A stretch of DNA of 64,000 nucleotides from Candidatus Methylomirabilota bacterium (GCA_016207095.1 JACQQF010000040.1:17003-81002); one strand, 5' to 3'. Positions 37,537 through 48,460 are shown, counted from the stretch's first letter. Notes: generated by a model from the sequence alone, not told the origin. Numbers and translations are program-made.

Positions 37537-38481
37537 ATGCCCCCCAACGGTACCCCTCCCACAGGTCTCTTCGGCCAGCTGGTGGCTGGCCTCGCACGAA
37601 CCCGTCAGAGATTGATCGGGCAGATCGAGCGGCTCTTTGCCGCGAATGCCGGTAGCGCCCCGACGTTGGAGGCGCTGGAGGAGCTCCTGATCGCCGCCGA
37701 CCTCGGTCCGATTGTGGCGGGACAGATCATTGCCGCCCTGCATCAACGTCTCGGTCGTCGGGACCTCAAGGAGCTTCGCCACGTGGAAGAGACCGTCAAG
37801 GAAGAGATCCTGTCTGTCCTGAAAGCAACCACCCCTCCTCCTTTGAGCGCAGACCCCGATGCCCGACCTCGAGTCTTTCTCTTCCTGGGAGTGAACGGTT
37901 CAGGCAAGACCACCACCATCGGAAAATTCGCGAAACGCCTGATCGATGAAGGTGGCAAGGTGATCGTCGCCGGGGCCGACACCTTCCGCGCCGCCGCGAT
38001 CGAGCAGCTTCAGGTCTGGGGCAAGCGCGTCGGGGCCCATGTGGTCTGTCACCAGGCCGGCGCCGATCCCTCCGCAGTGGTCTTCGATGCGTTGCAGGCC
38101 GCTGTGGCGCGACAGGCAACCCACCTTCTCATCGACACCGCGGGCCGACTCCACACCAAGCGAAATCTGATGGAGGAATTGAAGAAGATCCACCGTGTCA
38201 TCTCCCGGCAGATGCCGGGGGCCCCTTACGAGCGGTTCATGGTTCTCGACGCCACCTCCGGCCTGAACGCGCTGGCTCAGGCCAGGGAATTCCACGACGC
38301 CGTTGGACTCACCGGCCTCGTCCTGACCAAGCTGGATGGGACGGCGAAGGGCGGCATCGTCGTCGCCATCGCTCAGCATTTGAAAGTCCCTATCGCGTTC
38401 GTTGGTCTTGGCGAAGGGCTCGACGACCTTCAACCATTCTCTCCCGAAGCCTTCACAGACGCCCTGTTTGTGAGCTCTTAG
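37537..38481 (+). CDS. ftsY: signal recognition particle receptor FtsY
   Basis: 314 aa with an NG domain (FLGVNGSGKTTTIGK...DTAGR...TKLDGTAKGG). Confidence 0.9.
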   Translation: MPPNGTPPTGLFGQLVAGLARTRQRLIGQIERLFAANAGSAPTLEALEELLIAADLGPIVAGQIIAALHQRLGRRDLKELRHVEETVKEEILSVLKATTPPPLSADPDARPRVFLFLGVNGSGKTTTIGKFAKRLIDEGGKVIVAGADTFRAAAIEQLQVWGKRVGAHVVCHQAGADPSAVVFDALQAAVARQATHLLIDTAGRLHTKRNLMEELKKIHRVISRQMPGAPYERFMVLDATSGLNALAQAREFHDAVGLTGLVLTKLDGTAKGGIVVAIAQHLKVPIAFVGLGEGLDDLQPFSPEAFTDALFVSS

Positions 38482-38504
38482 CCGCTCCGGCGGGGGTTTT
38501 CACC

Positions 38505-38533
38505 TTGACACCCCTACGACGCGGTGTTAGTGT
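38505..38533 (+). promoter_or_regulatory. sigma-70-type promoter candidate for the rib operon
   Basis: TTGACA (38505-10), N17, TAGTGT (38528-33), about 45 nt upstream of the ribD ATG at 38580. Confidence 0.4.
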
Positions 38534-38579
38534 CACTCAGGAGATCGCGTTACACGGTTGCATCTCTTGAGGGGATAGG

Positions 38580-39698
38580 ATGCGCATGGCATTCGATGAA
38601 CCATTGATGCGGCGGGCGTTGGATCTTGCCAAGAAAGGGCTGGGCCGGACGAGCCCCAACCCTATGGTGGGCGCTGTGGTGGTGCGAAACGGAGGCATCC
38701 TTGGAGAAGGTTATCACGCGTACGCCGGCGGACCACATGCCGAGGTGGTTGCGCTGGAGGCCGCTGCCGGGGCCACTGCGGGAGCGGATCTCTACGTCAC
38801 GCTCGAGCCCTGTTGCCATCAGGGCCGGACGCCGCCCTGCACCGATCGGATCATTGCCGCGGGGGTCCGACGAGTCGTCATATCGGTGTTGGACCCGAAC
38901 CCGCTGGTCTCGGGCAGGGGCGTTGAGACGTTGCGTGCTGCAGGGGTCCTGGTGGAACTAGGACTCCTATCCAAGGAGTCGACAATCCTGAACGAAGCGT
39001 TCATGAAATTCATCAAGAGCCGCCTTCCATTCGTCGTGCTCAAGGCTGCGGTGAGCCTTGACGGCAAGATCGCGACCCGGACCGGCGACTCTCACTGGAT
39101 CTCCGGCGAACAATCGCGGCAGCGGGTCCACGAATTACGGGATCAGATCGATGCGGTCATGGTCGGGCTCGGCACGATCCGGCGCGACGACCCGATGCTC
39201 ACAACCCGGCTTCCATCGGGTGGGCGTAATCCGATCCGGGTCATCGTGGATGGACGGGATTCTCTCCCCTTACACGCGCGGGTGTTTCACTCCACCTCTT
39301 CATCGCCAACCTGGGTTGCGGTCACCGCCGATGCGCCCCGTACACGGATCGATATCCTGGAGCGGCACGGCCTCACGGTCATCGAGGCAGGCGGTTCCAA
39401 TGGGAGGGTCAACCTTCATCATCTTCTGAAACGCCTTGGAGAGCGCGAGGTCACAAGCGTGATGATCGAGGGCGGCGAGGGGATCTTTACCTCTGCCATT
39501 GAAGCGGGCATCATCGACAGATTCCTCGTCTTCGTGGCTCCGATTTTGATCGGAGGGAAAACGGCCCCGAGCCTTTTTGGAGGGGCGGGGATCGAACATC
39601 TCGTCCAGGCCTTGCGCCTAGAGCGTGTGCGCGTCGAACAACTGGGCGAGGACCTCCTGATCGAGGGATATCACTCGCCGAAGGAGGTGAGCGGGTAG
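38580..39698 (+). CDS. ribD: bifunctional riboflavin biosynthesis deaminase/reductase
   Basis: 372 aa with a deaminase zinc motif (HAEV.AL...TLEPCCHQGRTPPC) and a C-terminal reductase domain. Confidence 0.9.
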   Translation: MRMAFDEPLMRRALDLAKKGLGRTSPNPMVGAVVVRNGGILGEGYHAYAGGPHAEVVALEAAAGATAGADLYVTLEPCCHQGRTPPCTDRIIAAGVRRVVISVLDPNPLVSGRGVETLRAAGVLVELGLLSKESTILNEAFMKFIKSRLPFVVLKAAVSLDGKIATRTGDSHWISGEQSRQRVHELRDQIDAVMVGLGTIRRDDPMLTTRLPSGGRNPIRVIVDGRDSLPLHARVFHSTSSSPTWVAVTADAPRTRIDILERHGLTVIEAGGSNGRVNLHHLLKRLGEREVTSVMIEGGEGIFTSAIEAGIIDRFLVFVAPILIGGKTAPSLFGGAGIEHLVQALRLERVRVEQLGEDLLIEGYHSPKEVSG

Positions 39699-39707
39699 GC
39701 TGAACCG

Positions 39708-40358
39708 ATGTTCACAGGCCTCATCGAAGAAGTGGGCGTGGTTCAACAGGTTCGACGGGCGGGCGGCGTCACGAGGCTGGCCATCAGGGGAAAGGATGCC
39801 GTGACCGACCTCTCGATCGGCGACAGCATCGCGGTCGATGGCACGTGCCTGACGGTCACCACGGCCGAGCACGATGTCTTCGAGGTCGAACTGTCGGACG
39901 AGACCCTGGTCCGTACCACCCTGGGTGGTCTTGGCCCTGCGGATCAGGTGAACTTGGAGCGGCCTTGTCGGGCAACCGACCGACTCGGAGGACACATCGT
40001 CACCGGTCACATCGACGGGGTGGGCACGCTCCTGGAGACCCGCGAGAGCGGCGGGACGTGGTGGTTCTCGTTCTCCTATCCAGAGCCCCTCCGCCCTCTG
40101 CTCGTCGAGAAGGGATCTGTTGCCGTGGATGGGATCAGTCTGACGGTTGCCAGCCTTGGTGATGTCTCCTTCGGGGTTGCCATCATCCCGCACACCTATC
40201 GGCACACCACATTAGGGAGCAAGCAGGTGGGGCAACGCGTCAACCTGGAAACCGACCTGCTAGGAAAATACGTCATCCGATACCTTGAAGGACTTCAGGC
40301 TTCGGGAAGAAAGGTGGTGCTTACCCAGTCGGTCCTCCGGGAGTGGGGGTACGTCTGA
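39708..40358 (+). CDS. ribE: riboflavin synthase (alpha chain)
   Basis: 216 aa, MFTGLIEEVG...GDSIAVDGTCLTV...VAVDGISLTV (internal duplication). Confidence 0.9.
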   Translation: MFTGLIEEVGVVQQVRRAGGVTRLAIRGKDAVTDLSIGDSIAVDGTCLTVTTAEHDVFEVELSDETLVRTTLGGLGPADQVNLERPCRATDRLGGHIVTGHIDGVGTLLETRESGGTWWFSFSYPEPLRPLLVEKGSVAVDGISLTVASLGDVSFGVAIIPHTYRHTTLGSKQVGQRVNLETDLLGKYVIRYLEGLQASGRKVVLTQSVLREWGYV

Positions 40359-40379
40359 GCCCGGGTCAACGGAGTAACA

Positions 40380-41594
40380 ATGGAAGAAACCATCCGGTTC
40401 CACACTATTGAAGAAGCGATCCGAGACCTCCATGACGGCAAAATGATCATCGTGGTGGACGATGAAGATCGCGAGAACGAAGGCGACCTCACGATGGCAG
40501 CCGAGAAGGTGACGCCCGAGGCAATCAACTTCATGGCCTCGAAGGGGCGAGGGTTGATCTGTGTGGCCGTCACTGGGCAGCGGCTGGATGAGCTCCGGAT
40601 CCGGCCAATGGTAAACGACAACACCTCACCGTACGAGACGGCCTTCTCCGTCTCCGTCGATGCGAAGCGCAAGGTAACGACCGGAATATCCGCCCATGAC
40701 CGAGCGATGACGATCCGGACCATCGTCGACCCTAAGGCGACCGCCGACGACCTGACCAGCCCCGGGCATACCTTTCCGCTTCGAGCAAGGGAGGGTGGTG
40801 TGCTGACGCGCGCGGGGCAGACGGAGGCCGCCGTGGACCTGGCAAGATTGGCCGGCCTGTACCCCGCGGGCGTGATCTGTGAGATCATGAATGACGATGG
40901 GACGATGGCCAGGACTCCTGAGTTGCACCGCTTCGCTCGGGAACACGGCATCAAGCTGATCACCGTTAAAAGCCTGATCGAGTTTCGATTGAAGCGCGAG
41001 CGATTCGTGAGCCGGGTCGCCACAACGGTCCTGCCGACACGGTACGGCCGATTCACCGCAATCCTGTATTACAGCCAAGTGGATAAGAAACACCATCTGG
41101 CTCTGGTCATGGGAGACGTGAACGCCGTCAAAGACACCCTCGTGCGGGTGCACTCGGAGTGCCTTACGGGGGACGTATTCGGCTCGCTCCGGTGCGACTG
41201 CGGACCTCAGATGGACAAGGCGCTAGATCTGATCGCGAAAGAGGGAAAGGGGGTCTTTCTCTACATCCGACAGGAAGGGAGAGGGATCGGCCTCGCAAAC
41301 AAGATGCGCGCCTACGAGCTACAGGACACGGGACTGGACACGGTGGAGGCCAATGCGAGGCTGGGCTTCAAACCCGATCTACGAGAGTACGGGATCGGGG
41401 CTCAGATCTTATCGGATCTCGGGTTGTCCAAGATTCGGCTACTGACCAACAACCCTCGGAAGATCGTAGGGCTTGAGGCATACGGTCTGCATGTGGTGGA
41501 GCGACTCCCCATCGAGATCCGCCCGAATGCCGAGAATCGCGCCTATCTGCAGACCAAGCACGAGAAGTTGGGCCACCTGCTGGAAAAGGTCTAG
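40380..41594 (+). CDS. ribBA: bifunctional 3,4-dihydroxy-2-butanone-4-phosphate synthase / GTP cyclohydrolase II
   Basis: 404 aa, ...[11 protein letters not shown]...[16 protein letters not shown]..., followed by [21 protein letters not shown]. Confidence 0.95.
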   Translation: MEETIRFHTIEEAIRDLHDGKMIIVVDDEDRENEGDLTMAAEKVTPEAINFMASKGRGLICVAVTGQRLDELRIRPMVNDNTSPYETAFSVSVDAKRKVTTGISAHDRAMTIRTIVDPKATADDLTSPGHTFPLRAREGGVLTRAGQTEAAVDLARLAGLYPAGVICEIMNDDGTMARTPELHRFAREHGIKLITVKSLIEFRLKRERFVSRVATTVLPTRYGRFTAILYYSQVDKKHHLALVMGDVNAVKDTLVRVHSECLTGDVFGSLRCDCGPQMDKALDLIAKEGKGVFLYIRQEGRGIGLANKMRAYELQDTGLDTVEANARLGFKPDLREYGIGAQILSDLGLSKIRLLTNNPRKIVGLEAYGLHVVERLPIEIRPNAENRAYLQTKHEKLGHLLEKV

Positions 41595-41893
41595 TGCCCT
41601 CCCAGCTATTTCGCCCTAAGATGGTGGTCCAACCTGCCGGTCCAAGAAACGAGCTTAGCAAGGCGCAGCCCTTGGGGCCGCACCCACTGGGCGGGTACCC
41701 GACGTACGTTTTCGGGTACGTCGCAGGAGGTGCCCCAGGGGCTAGCAACGCGGCTAGGCGAAATTGGTTGGAGCGGCAGTAGTCGCTTCTCAACCTGCTC
41801 CAGGGACCCTGTGAATCAGGTCGCCGCGCGGATGCACAGTCCCACCATGGAGCGCTCGAACAACGCGGTCGGTCACATGGCAGAGAGGGCTCG

Positions 41894-42373
41894 GTGGAGA
41901 GGATGCCTTTGAAAATCACTGAGGGGACATACGCAGCCAGGGGATTCCGATTCGCTCTCGTGGTCAGCCGCTTCAACGATTTCATCACCAAACAGTTGGT
42001 GGAAGGGGCCCTCGACTGTTTGCTTCGACACGGGGCGGAAGAAAGCGACCTGCATCTGGTCAAGGTGCCTGGAGCCTTCGAGCTGCCCTACACGGCAAAG
42101 CGCCTGGCCGTCTCTCGTAATTACGACGCCGTCATCGCCCTCGGAGCGGTCATTCGGGGAGCCACCCCCCACTTCGAGTACGTCGCCGGAGAGACAGCAA
42201 AGGGGATCGCCTCGGCCAGCCTCGAAACCGGTGTCCCGATCATCTTTGGGGTCATCACCGCGAATACGGTTGATCAGGCGATCGAGCGGGCCGGCACCAA
42301 GGGTGGCAATAAGGGGTTTGCCGCAGCTCTTTCAGCCATAGAAATGGCCAGCCTGTTCGCTCAACTCAAGTGA
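41894..42373 (+). CDS. ribH: 6,7-dimethyl-8-ribityllumazine synthase
   Basis: ...[21 protein letters not shown]...VPGAFELP...[20 protein letters not shown]... The track start is GTG 41894; ATG 41903 is equally possible. Confidence 0.9.
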   Translation: MERMPLKITEGTYAARGFRFALVVSRFNDFITKQLVEGALDCLLRHGAEESDLHLVKVPGAFELPYTAKRLAVSRNYDAVIALGAVIRGATPHFEYVAGETAKGIASASLETGVPIIFGVITANTVDQAIERAGTKGGNKGFAAALSAIEMASLFAQLK

Positions 42374-42410
42374 TCTTTAGGAAGGGGGGTCTCCACCCCC
42401 CACAATTCGA

Positions 42411-42842
42411 ATGGGAAAGCGGCATCGGGCCAGAGAGCTCGCACTCTCCTTCCTCTATCAGTCGGAATTTCACCCCGTGGGGGCGTTTGAGGAACGCCTC
42501 AACGCCTTCTGGGGGGAGCACCCTGTCAAGCCTGAGGTCCGATCCTTCGTCGAGGAGTTGGTGCGGGGCACGATAGCCCATCGGATTTCGATCGATGGCC
42601 TTCTTTCCCCTCTGATTGAGCACTGGATCCTCTCCCGTCTGGCGCTCGTGGATCTCTGCATCCTGCGATTAGCCGCCTATGAGCTCCTCTTTCAGCCACA
42701 CACACCGTCGAAGGTCGCGATCGATGAAGCGATCGAATTAGCGAAGGCATTCGGAGGGAAGGACTCCGGTGCCTTTGTCAACGGCGTCCTTGATAAGATC
42801 AAAACGCTCGCCGACGACCGCTCCACGGCACCTCTGGCCTAA
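42411..42842 (+). CDS. nusB: transcription antitermination factor NusB
   Basis: 143 aa, [17 protein letters not shown]...[22 protein letters not shown]. Confidence 0.9.
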   Translation: MGKRHRARELALSFLYQSEFHPVGAFEERLNAFWGEHPVKPEVRSFVEELVRGTIAHRISIDGLLSPLIEHWILSRLALVDLCILRLAAYELLFQPHTPSKVAIDEAIELAKAFGGKDSGAFVNGVLDKIKTLADDRSTAPLA

Positions 42843-42958
42843 GGCAGCCTCTTCAGCTCAAAAAAGGGAGTTGTGGCTCGCGCTGTCGCAGCCTATGGAT
42901 GGATCAATGCGAAGGGCGGGATTCGAACGGTCAGCAAGAGCGGAAGGCTGCCCATCAC

Positions 42959-44194
42959 TTACTCATACTGCCTGAACACCAAGGTGGCATTGGTTCCGCC
43001 GAACCCGAAGGAGTTGGTGAGGGCGACCCTCACCTCAGCTTGACGCGCCTTGTTAGGGACGTAATCGAGGTCGCAGCCCGGGTCTGGCTCGTCGTAGTTA
43101 ATCGTAGGCGGGATCAGCCGGTGATAGATGGTGAGGACGGTCGCCACCGACTCGACGCCGCCCGCCGCCCCTAGGAGGTGCCCCGTCATGGATTTGACCG
43201 AGCTGACGGCCAGGCGATAGGCATGGCCTCCGAACACCTGCTTGATCGCTCTGGTCTCGGCGGTGTCGCCCATGGGTGTCGATGTTCCGTGGGCATTGAT
43301 GTAGTCCACATCCTCAGGGCTCAGTCTCGCAGCCTCTAGCGCGAGCCGCATTGCGGCAATCGCCCCGATCCCTTCTGGCTCTGGTGCCGTCATGTGGTAG
43401 GCATCGGCCGACATCCCGTAACCGACCAACTCGGCATAGATCTTCGCTCCACGCCGCACGGCGTGCTGCAGCTCCTCGAGGACCAGGACTCCCGCGCCCT
43501 CCCCCATCACAAAACCGTCCCGCCCCTTATCAAAGGGACGGCTGGCCCGGCGGGGCTCATCGTTCCTGGTGGACAGCGCCTTCATGGCACTGAACCCGCC
43601 GATCGTGAGCGGGGTGATGACTGCTTCGCTTCCGCCCGCGATCATCACGTCCGCCGCTCCCCGCTTGATCAGCTCTAAGGAGTCGCCGATGGCGTGATTG
43701 CCGGTTGCGCAGGCTGTGGAGACGCATGAGTTCGGTCCCCGAAACCCATACCGCATAGCGATCTGCCCGGAAGCCAAATTCGTGATAATAGAAGGAATAA
43801 AGAAGGGACTGATCCGGCCAGGCCCCTTCTCCAGCAGGACGTTGTGAGACTCCTCCAGGGCCGGGATCCCACCCATGCCGGTGCCGATCAGTGTGCCGAT
43901 TCGGCCCCGCTCGCCCTCCTCGAACTTTAATCGGGCATCGTCGACCGCCATAATCGCGCTGGCCAAGGCGTAGTGGATGAAGAGGTCCATCTTCTTGACC
44001 TCTTTCTTCTCCATGTAGAGGAGCGGGTCGAAGCCCTTGATCTCTCCGGCGATCTTCGAATCGTGGTGACCGGCATCGAATCGAGTGATTCGATCGATAC
44101 CCGTGACTCCCGCCACCAGGTTCTCCCAAAAGGTTTCGGTCCCGATCCCGTTGGGGGCGACCACGCCCAGGCCTGTCACGACCACTCGCCTCAT
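42959..44194 (-). CDS. fabF: 3-oxoacyl-ACP synthase II
   Basis: I trimmed the start to ATG 44194 (MRRVVVTGLGVVAPNG...). It has the active-site region ...CVSTACATG..., followed by ...NAHGTSTP.GD... and ...NSFGFGGTNA. Confidence 0.95.
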   Translation of the reverse strand: MRRVVVTGLGVVAPNGIGTETFWENLVAGVTGIDRITRFDAGHHDSKIAGEIKGFDPLLYMEKKEVKKMDLFIHYALASAIMAVDDARLKFEEGERGRIGTLIGTGMGGIPALEESHNVLLEKGPGRISPFFIPSIITNLASGQIAMRYGFRGPNSCVSTACATGNHAIGDSLELIKRGAADVMIAGGSEAVITPLTIGGFSAMKALSTRNDEPRRASRPFDKGRDGFVMGEGAGVLVLEELQHAVRRGAKIYAELVGYGMSADAYHMTAPEPEGIGAIAAMRLALEAARLSPEDVDYINAHGTSTPMGDTAETRAIKQVFGGHAYRLAVSSVKSMTGHLLGAAGGVESVATVLTIYHRLIPPTINYDEPDPGCDLDYVPNKARQAEVRVALTNSFGFGGTNATLVFRQYE

Positions 44195-44246
44195 GTCCTC
44201 TCGTCCCCTTCGCAATTCAGGGTCCATCTTCGCCGGCCGGACCTCA

Positions 44247-44492
44247 TTACGCGGAATGCGCCTTGATATACTCGACGGCATGTTTGACGGTCATAATCTT
44301 CTCGGCCTCCTCGTCCGGGATTTCGATTCCAAACTCTTCCTCCAGGGCCATCACCAGCTCTACCGTGTCCAGAGAGTCGGCGCCCAGATCCTCGATGAAG
44401 GAGGCCTCCGGGGTTACCTCCGCTGCATCGACTCCCAACTGATCCACGATGATTTTCTTCACCTTTTCCTCTAGTCCCGTCACGCCAGCCAT
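44247..44492 (-). CDS. acpP: acyl carrier protein
   Basis: I trimmed the start to ATG 44492, which is preceded by GGGAGGGGGAG. It has ...[23 protein letters not shown]... (DSL phosphopantetheine attachment site). Confidence 0.95.
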   Translation of the reverse strand: MAGVTGLEEKVKKIIVDQLGVDAAEVTPEASFIEDLGADSLDTVELVMALEEEFGIEIPDEEAEKIMTVKHAVEYIKAHSA

Positions 44493-44531
44493 CAGCTCCC
44501 CCTCCCTACGGCCTCGGTGCCGTCCCATCGA

Positions 44532-45284
44532 TTACATTCGCAGCCCGCCATCGACGTTGATGACCTGCCCCGTAATATAACTCGCCGCCTCTGAGGCAAG
44601 AAATGAAACGAGGGCGGCGACTTCCGTCGGATCGCCGAATCGCCCCATGGGGATTTGCTTGCAATATCCGGCCTTGAGATCTCCGGACAGGCCCTCGGTC
44701 ATTTCAGTCTCGATGAACCCGGGAGCCACGGCATTCACCGTAATCGCCCGCGACGCGACCTCTCTCGCCACCGTTCTCGTGAAACCATCGAGGCCAGCCT
44801 TTGATGCAACATAGTTCGCCTGTCCGGGGTTACCCAACATCCCGACAACCGAGCTGATATTCACGATTCGCCCGCTCTTCTGCTTGAGCATGGGCCGAAG
44901 CGCCGCCCTCGTCGTGAAAAATGCCCCCTTCAAATTGACGTCCAGCACGTCGTCCCAATCTTCATCCTTCATCCGGAGCACCAACGCATCCTTCGTGATC
45001 GCGGCGTTATTGACCAGGATGTCCAGGCGGCCAAATCGCTCGACGCATCCCGTAATCAGTGCCTCTACATCCGCCCGCTGCGCCATGTCTGCCCGCACAG
45101 CGGCCCCTCCGCCGCCGGCTGACCGGATCTCGGATGCCACCATCTCCGCCGCCTCCTGTCGCCTTGAGCAGATCAGGACTTTTGCGCCTTCCGCTGCAAC
45201 CATGAGGGCGATTGCTCGACCGATCCCCCGCGAGCCCCCCGTGACGACGGCCACCTTCCCCGCATGACGGCCCGCCATCACCAT
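44532..45284 (-). CDS. fabG: 3-oxoacyl-ACP reductase
   Basis: 250 aa, an SDR (short-chain dehydrogenase/reductase): [17 protein letters not shown]...NNAAIT...[19 protein letters not shown]. Confidence 0.9.
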   Translation of the reverse strand: MVMAGRHAGKVAVVTGGSRGIGRAIALMVAAEGAKVLICSRRQEAAEMVASEIRSAGGGGAAVRADMAQRADVEALITGCVERFGRLDILVNNAAITKDALVLRMKDEDWDDVLDVNLKGAFFTTRAALRPMLKQKSGRIVNISSVVGMLGNPGQANYVASKAGLDGFTRTVAREVASRAITVNAVAPGFIETEMTEGLSGDLKAGYCKQIPMGRFGDPTEVAALVSFLASEAASYITGQVINVDGGLRM

Positions 45285-46225
45285 CAGGCAATTGCCCTGA
45301 CCTGTTTCAGCGCAATGCGCAGGGAGTCAACATCCTCTGCGTGAAGCGCCAAGGCCTCCTTGGCGATCCGCTTGATGAGACCGGTGAGCACCTTTCCTGG
45401 GCCCAGTTCCACAAAGAGGCCGACGCCTTCTTTCACCAGTCTTCGCACCACCTCTTCCCAGCGGACCGGACTTGATACCTGTCGGATGAGACTCCTGGCG
45501 ATGTGGACGCCTTTCGTCAGGAGCTCGGCGTCAGCATTGTTCACAAGCGGAACCGCTGGATCGACGATCGGGAACGTCTCCAGCACGCCGGCCAGCCGTT
45601 CCCCCGCCGGTCGCATGAGAGAGCAATGGAAGGGCGCACTCACCTGCAAACGGACGGCGCGTCTAGCCCCACGGTCCCTGGCCAAGTCGATAGCACGTTC
45701 GACCGCCTCCGTCACCCCGGCGATGACGATTTGACCAGGGCCGTTGAAATTCGCAACCTCGACGACCCCGGTTCGGCCCGCCTCCTCACACACCTCAAGG
45801 AGGGCCTCACGCTCGAGGCCGAGGATGGCAGCCATCGCCCCGAGCCCGGGCGCAATCGCGTCCTGCATGAACTCGCCCCGCTTCCTGACCATACAGATCG
45901 CATCCTCAAACCGGATGCTTCCGGCGGCCACGAGCGCAGACGTCTCGCCGAGGGAATGACCGGCGACGTAGTCGAACCGAATCCCCTCACGATGGAATGC
46001 GGCAAAGGCAGCCATGCTGACCGCCAGGATGGCGGGCTGCGCGTTCGCGGTCAGGGTGAGTGCATCCTGGGGCCCCTCAAAGCAAAGGCGAGCCAAGTCA
46101 AAGCCCAGCGCCTGTCCCCCCATCTCGAAGAGCTCACGAGCCTCAGGGACCTGTTCCCAGAAATCGCGCCCCATTCCAACCTGCTGCGAACCCTGGCCGG
46201 GAAAGACGAGCGCGATACTGGTCAT
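45284..46225 (-). CDS. fabD: malonyl CoA-ACP transacylase
   Basis: 313 aa, [14 protein letters not shown]...AGHSLGE. Confidence 0.9.
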   Translation of the reverse strand: MTSIALVFPGQGSQQVGMGRDFWEQVPEARELFEMGGQALGFDLARLCFEGPQDALTLTANAQPAILAVSMAAFAAFHREGIRFDYVAGHSLGETSALVAAGSIRFEDAICMVRKRGEFMQDAIAPGLGAMAAILGLEREALLEVCEEAGRTGVVEVANFNGPGQIVIAGVTEAVERAIDLARDRGARRAVRLQVSAPFHCSLMRPAGERLAGVLETFPIVDPAVPLVNNADAELLTKGVHIARSLIRQVSSPVRWEEVVRRLVKEGVGLFVELGPGKVLTGLIKRIAKEALALHAEDVDSLRIALKQVRAIA

Positions 46226-46247
46226 CGCCTGGCAGGTTGGACCACGC

Positions 46248-47231
46248 TCACCATCGGACCAGGGCCGAGCCCCAGGTCAGGCCTCCCCCAAAGGCAACCA
46301 TAAGGAGCAGGTCGCCTGGCTTAAGCCGCCCTGCCCTGACCGCTTCGTCAAGGGCAATCGGGATCGAAGCCGCGGAGGTGTTGCCGAAGCGGTCGATATT
46401 GACAACAATCCGCTCCCTCGGCAAACCTAACCGCTGGGCGGTCGCACTGATGATCCTGCCGTTCGCCTGATGCGGCACAAAGAGGTCGATATCGGAGATC
46501 TCTACACCGTTGGCCTTGAGTGCCGCCACAGCGGCCTCCTCCATAGCCCGGACCGCCGTCTTGAACACCTCGTTTCCGTTCGCCATCTTGATCTTCGCAA
46601 GATTGTCATCCACGACTTTCTGGCTGATAGGATGGCGCGAGCCGCCGCCGGGGACAATGAGCTGTCCTCCCTTCGATCCATCGGCGTATAGGTGCGTAGA
46701 CAGAACACGAGCATCACCTGTTGTCCGCTGAACCAGCGCTGCTCCCGCACCGTCTGCGAAGAGGACACAGGTGCTTCGGTCCTTCCAGTCTACAAGTTTT
46801 GAAAGGGTCTCCGCACCGATCACCAGGACGTTCCGCATGAGGCCAGCTCGGAGATAGGCGTCGGCCACTGACAAGCCGTAGATAAAGCCGGAGCAGGCCG
46901 CGGACAGATCGAACGCGGCGGCATGCAGGGTTCCCAACCGCTCCTGGAGGAGACATCCGGTGGAGGGAAAAAACATGTCCGGCGTCACCGTGCTGACGAG
47001 GATCAGGTCTACATCGATCGGGTCGACGCCGGCCGCCTCGAGCGCGCGTCGCCCCGCGCGTTCGGCCAGATCCGAAGTGGCTTCACCATCAGCGGCGATT
47101 CGACGCTCCGAGATGCCGGTTCTGGTAACGATCCACTCATCGCTAGTGCTGACGATTCGTTCCAGATCTGCATTGCTGAGAACTCGATCCGGAACCGAGG
47201 ACCCTGTGCCCGCAATCCTGCTGCCGTACAT
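46248..47231 (-). CDS. fabH: 3-oxoacyl-ACP synthase III
   Basis: 327 aa, ...AACSGF.YGL..., followed by ...VPHQAN.RI..., ending ...GGGLTWGSALVRW. Confidence 0.9.
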   Translation of the reverse strand: MYGSRIAGTGSSVPDRVLSNADLERIVSTSDEWIVTRTGISERRIAADGEATSDLAERAGRRALEAAGVDPIDVDLILVSTVTPDMFFPSTGCLLQERLGTLHAAAFDLSAACSGFIYGLSVADAYLRAGLMRNVLVIGAETLSKLVDWKDRSTCVLFADGAGAALVQRTTGDARVLSTHLYADGSKGGQLIVPGGGSRHPISQKVVDDNLAKIKMANGNEVFKTAVRAMEEAAVAALKANGVEISDIDLFVPHQANGRIISATAQRLGLPRERIVVNIDRFGNTSAASIPIALDEAVRAGRLKPGDLLLMVAFGGGLTWGSALVRW

Positions 47232-47248
47232 TGTCGTCCCCCCCTTAA

Positions 47249-48247
47249 CTAGCTGACGGCAATTCCTTTCCTGATGTGGTCGATCACCTTATTCTCCACG
47301 CATTCGGCAGCCACGCGGATGGCGTTCTTGATGGCCTTGGCGGTCGACCGGCCGTGGCTGATAATGCACATGCCTCCCACACCCAACAAGGGCGCCCCAC
47401 CATATTCGGTATAGTCGACCCGCTTCTTAAATCTGCGAAACGCGCCCCGTGTCAGTAGGGCACCCAACTTTCCGACCAGCCCCTTCTCCAACTCCTCCTT
47501 CAGCGAGACGGTGAAGAACTCGGCGGCGCTCTCGCTGATCTTCAAAGCAATATTCCCGGTGAACCCGTCACACACGATGACGTCGGCTGCCCCGCTGAAG
47601 ACCTCACGACCCTCCACGTTCCCGATAAAGTTGAGAGAGCGCTCCTCTTCCAGCTCCTTAAAGGCCTCGCGGGTCAGTTCGTTCCCCTTGCTCTCCTCTT
47701 CCCCAATGCTGAGCAATCCAACCGTCGGGGATGTCTTCCCCATGACCTGGCGGGCGTAGATATCTCCCATGATGGCAAATTGTAGGAGATGGCGCGGCTT
47801 ACAGTCGGCGTTGGCGCCGGCATCAAGCAAGATCGCCTGGCCCCGAAGTGTGGGGACGATGAGGGCAATGGCGGGCCGCTCAACCCCAGGCAAAGAACCC
47901 AGTGTGACCATGGCGGTGGCCATCACTGCCCCGGTATTGCCTGCACTAATGAAGGCATCGGCCTCTCCCCTCTTGACCAGCTCCAAGCCGACACGGATCG
48001 ACGAATGCTTCTTTTTCCGAAGCGCGGCTGAGGGGGATTCATTCATGCCGACCGTCTCAGGGGCGTGGCAGATGGTGATGCCGAGGCCGTTGGTCGAGTG
48101 GGGTCGCAGGCTCCGACTGAGTTCTTCTTCGTTTCCAACCAGGAGGATGGAAAGACCCAGTTCCCGAGCAGCCGCCACCGCTCCCTCGATGTTGACCACC
48201 GGGCCTCGATCGCCCCCCATCGCGTCAAGGGCTACACGAGTCGTCAT
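47249..48247 (-). CDS. plsX: phosphate acyltransferase PlsX
   Basis: 332 aa, MTTRVALDAMGGDRGP...VCDGFTGN. Confidence 0.9.
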   Translation of the reverse strand: MTTRVALDAMGGDRGPVVNIEGAVAAARELGLSILLVGNEEELSRSLRPHSTNGLGITICHAPETVGMNESPSAALRKKKHSSIRVGLELVKRGEADAFISAGNTGAVMATAMVTLGSLPGVERPAIALIVPTLRGQAILLDAGANADCKPRHLLQFAIMGDIYARQVMGKTSPTVGLLSIGEEESKGNELTREAFKELEEERSLNFIGNVEGREVFSGAADVIVCDGFTGNIALKISESAAEFFTVSLKEELEKGLVGKLGALLTRGAFRRFKKRVDYTEYGGAPLLGVGGMCIISHGRSTAKAIKNAIRVAAECVENKVIDHIRKGIAVS

Positions 48248-48277
48248 ATGTATCTGCCCAATCGGGAGCGGGGGGGG

Positions 48278-48460
48278 CTAGGCCTCCTCCCGTTTCACGA
48301 CTTCGCGGCCGCGGTAGTGTCCGCAGGCCGGACAGGCGCGATGGGGAAGCTTCCGCTCATGACAGTTGGGGCATTCAACCAGATTGGGGACGGAGAGGGC
48401 ATCGTGGGAGCGACGCTTTCTTGTCCGGGCATTGCTATGTCGCCGCTTCGGAAGAGGCAT
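48278..48460 (-). CDS. rpmF: 50S ribosomal protein L32
   Basis: I trimmed the start to ATG 48460, which is preceded by AGGAGG. MPLPKRRHSNARTRKRRSHDAL...CPNCHERKLPHRACPACGHY. Confidence 0.9.
   Translation of the reverse strand: MPLPKRRHSNARTRKRRSHDALSVPNLVECPNCHERKLPHRACPACGHYRGREVVKREEA

Noticed and set aside
42915-42935. T-loop-like GGGATTCGAAC (- strand GTTCGAATCCC) in the nusB/fabF convergent spacer, which suggested a tRNA, tmRNA or tRNA-Sec gene.
   Set aside because: The bases flanking the putative T-loop do not pair into a T-stem (only 2 of 5 pairs). No acceptor stem, anticodon arm or CCA context can be drawn on either strand.
42843-42952. Long-range inverted repeat GGCAGCC(TCTTC) ... 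(GGAA)GGCTGCC enclosing about 90 nt between nusB and fabF, plus an inner GGCTGCG/CGCGAGCC hairpin and an A6/T6 run. It might be a bidirectional terminator or a small RNA.
   Set aside because: The T-run is 9 nt away from the inner stem. The outer pairing is only 7 bp plus imperfect extensions. GC-rich sequence yields such pairings easily. I kept it as an unproven possibility rather than a feature.
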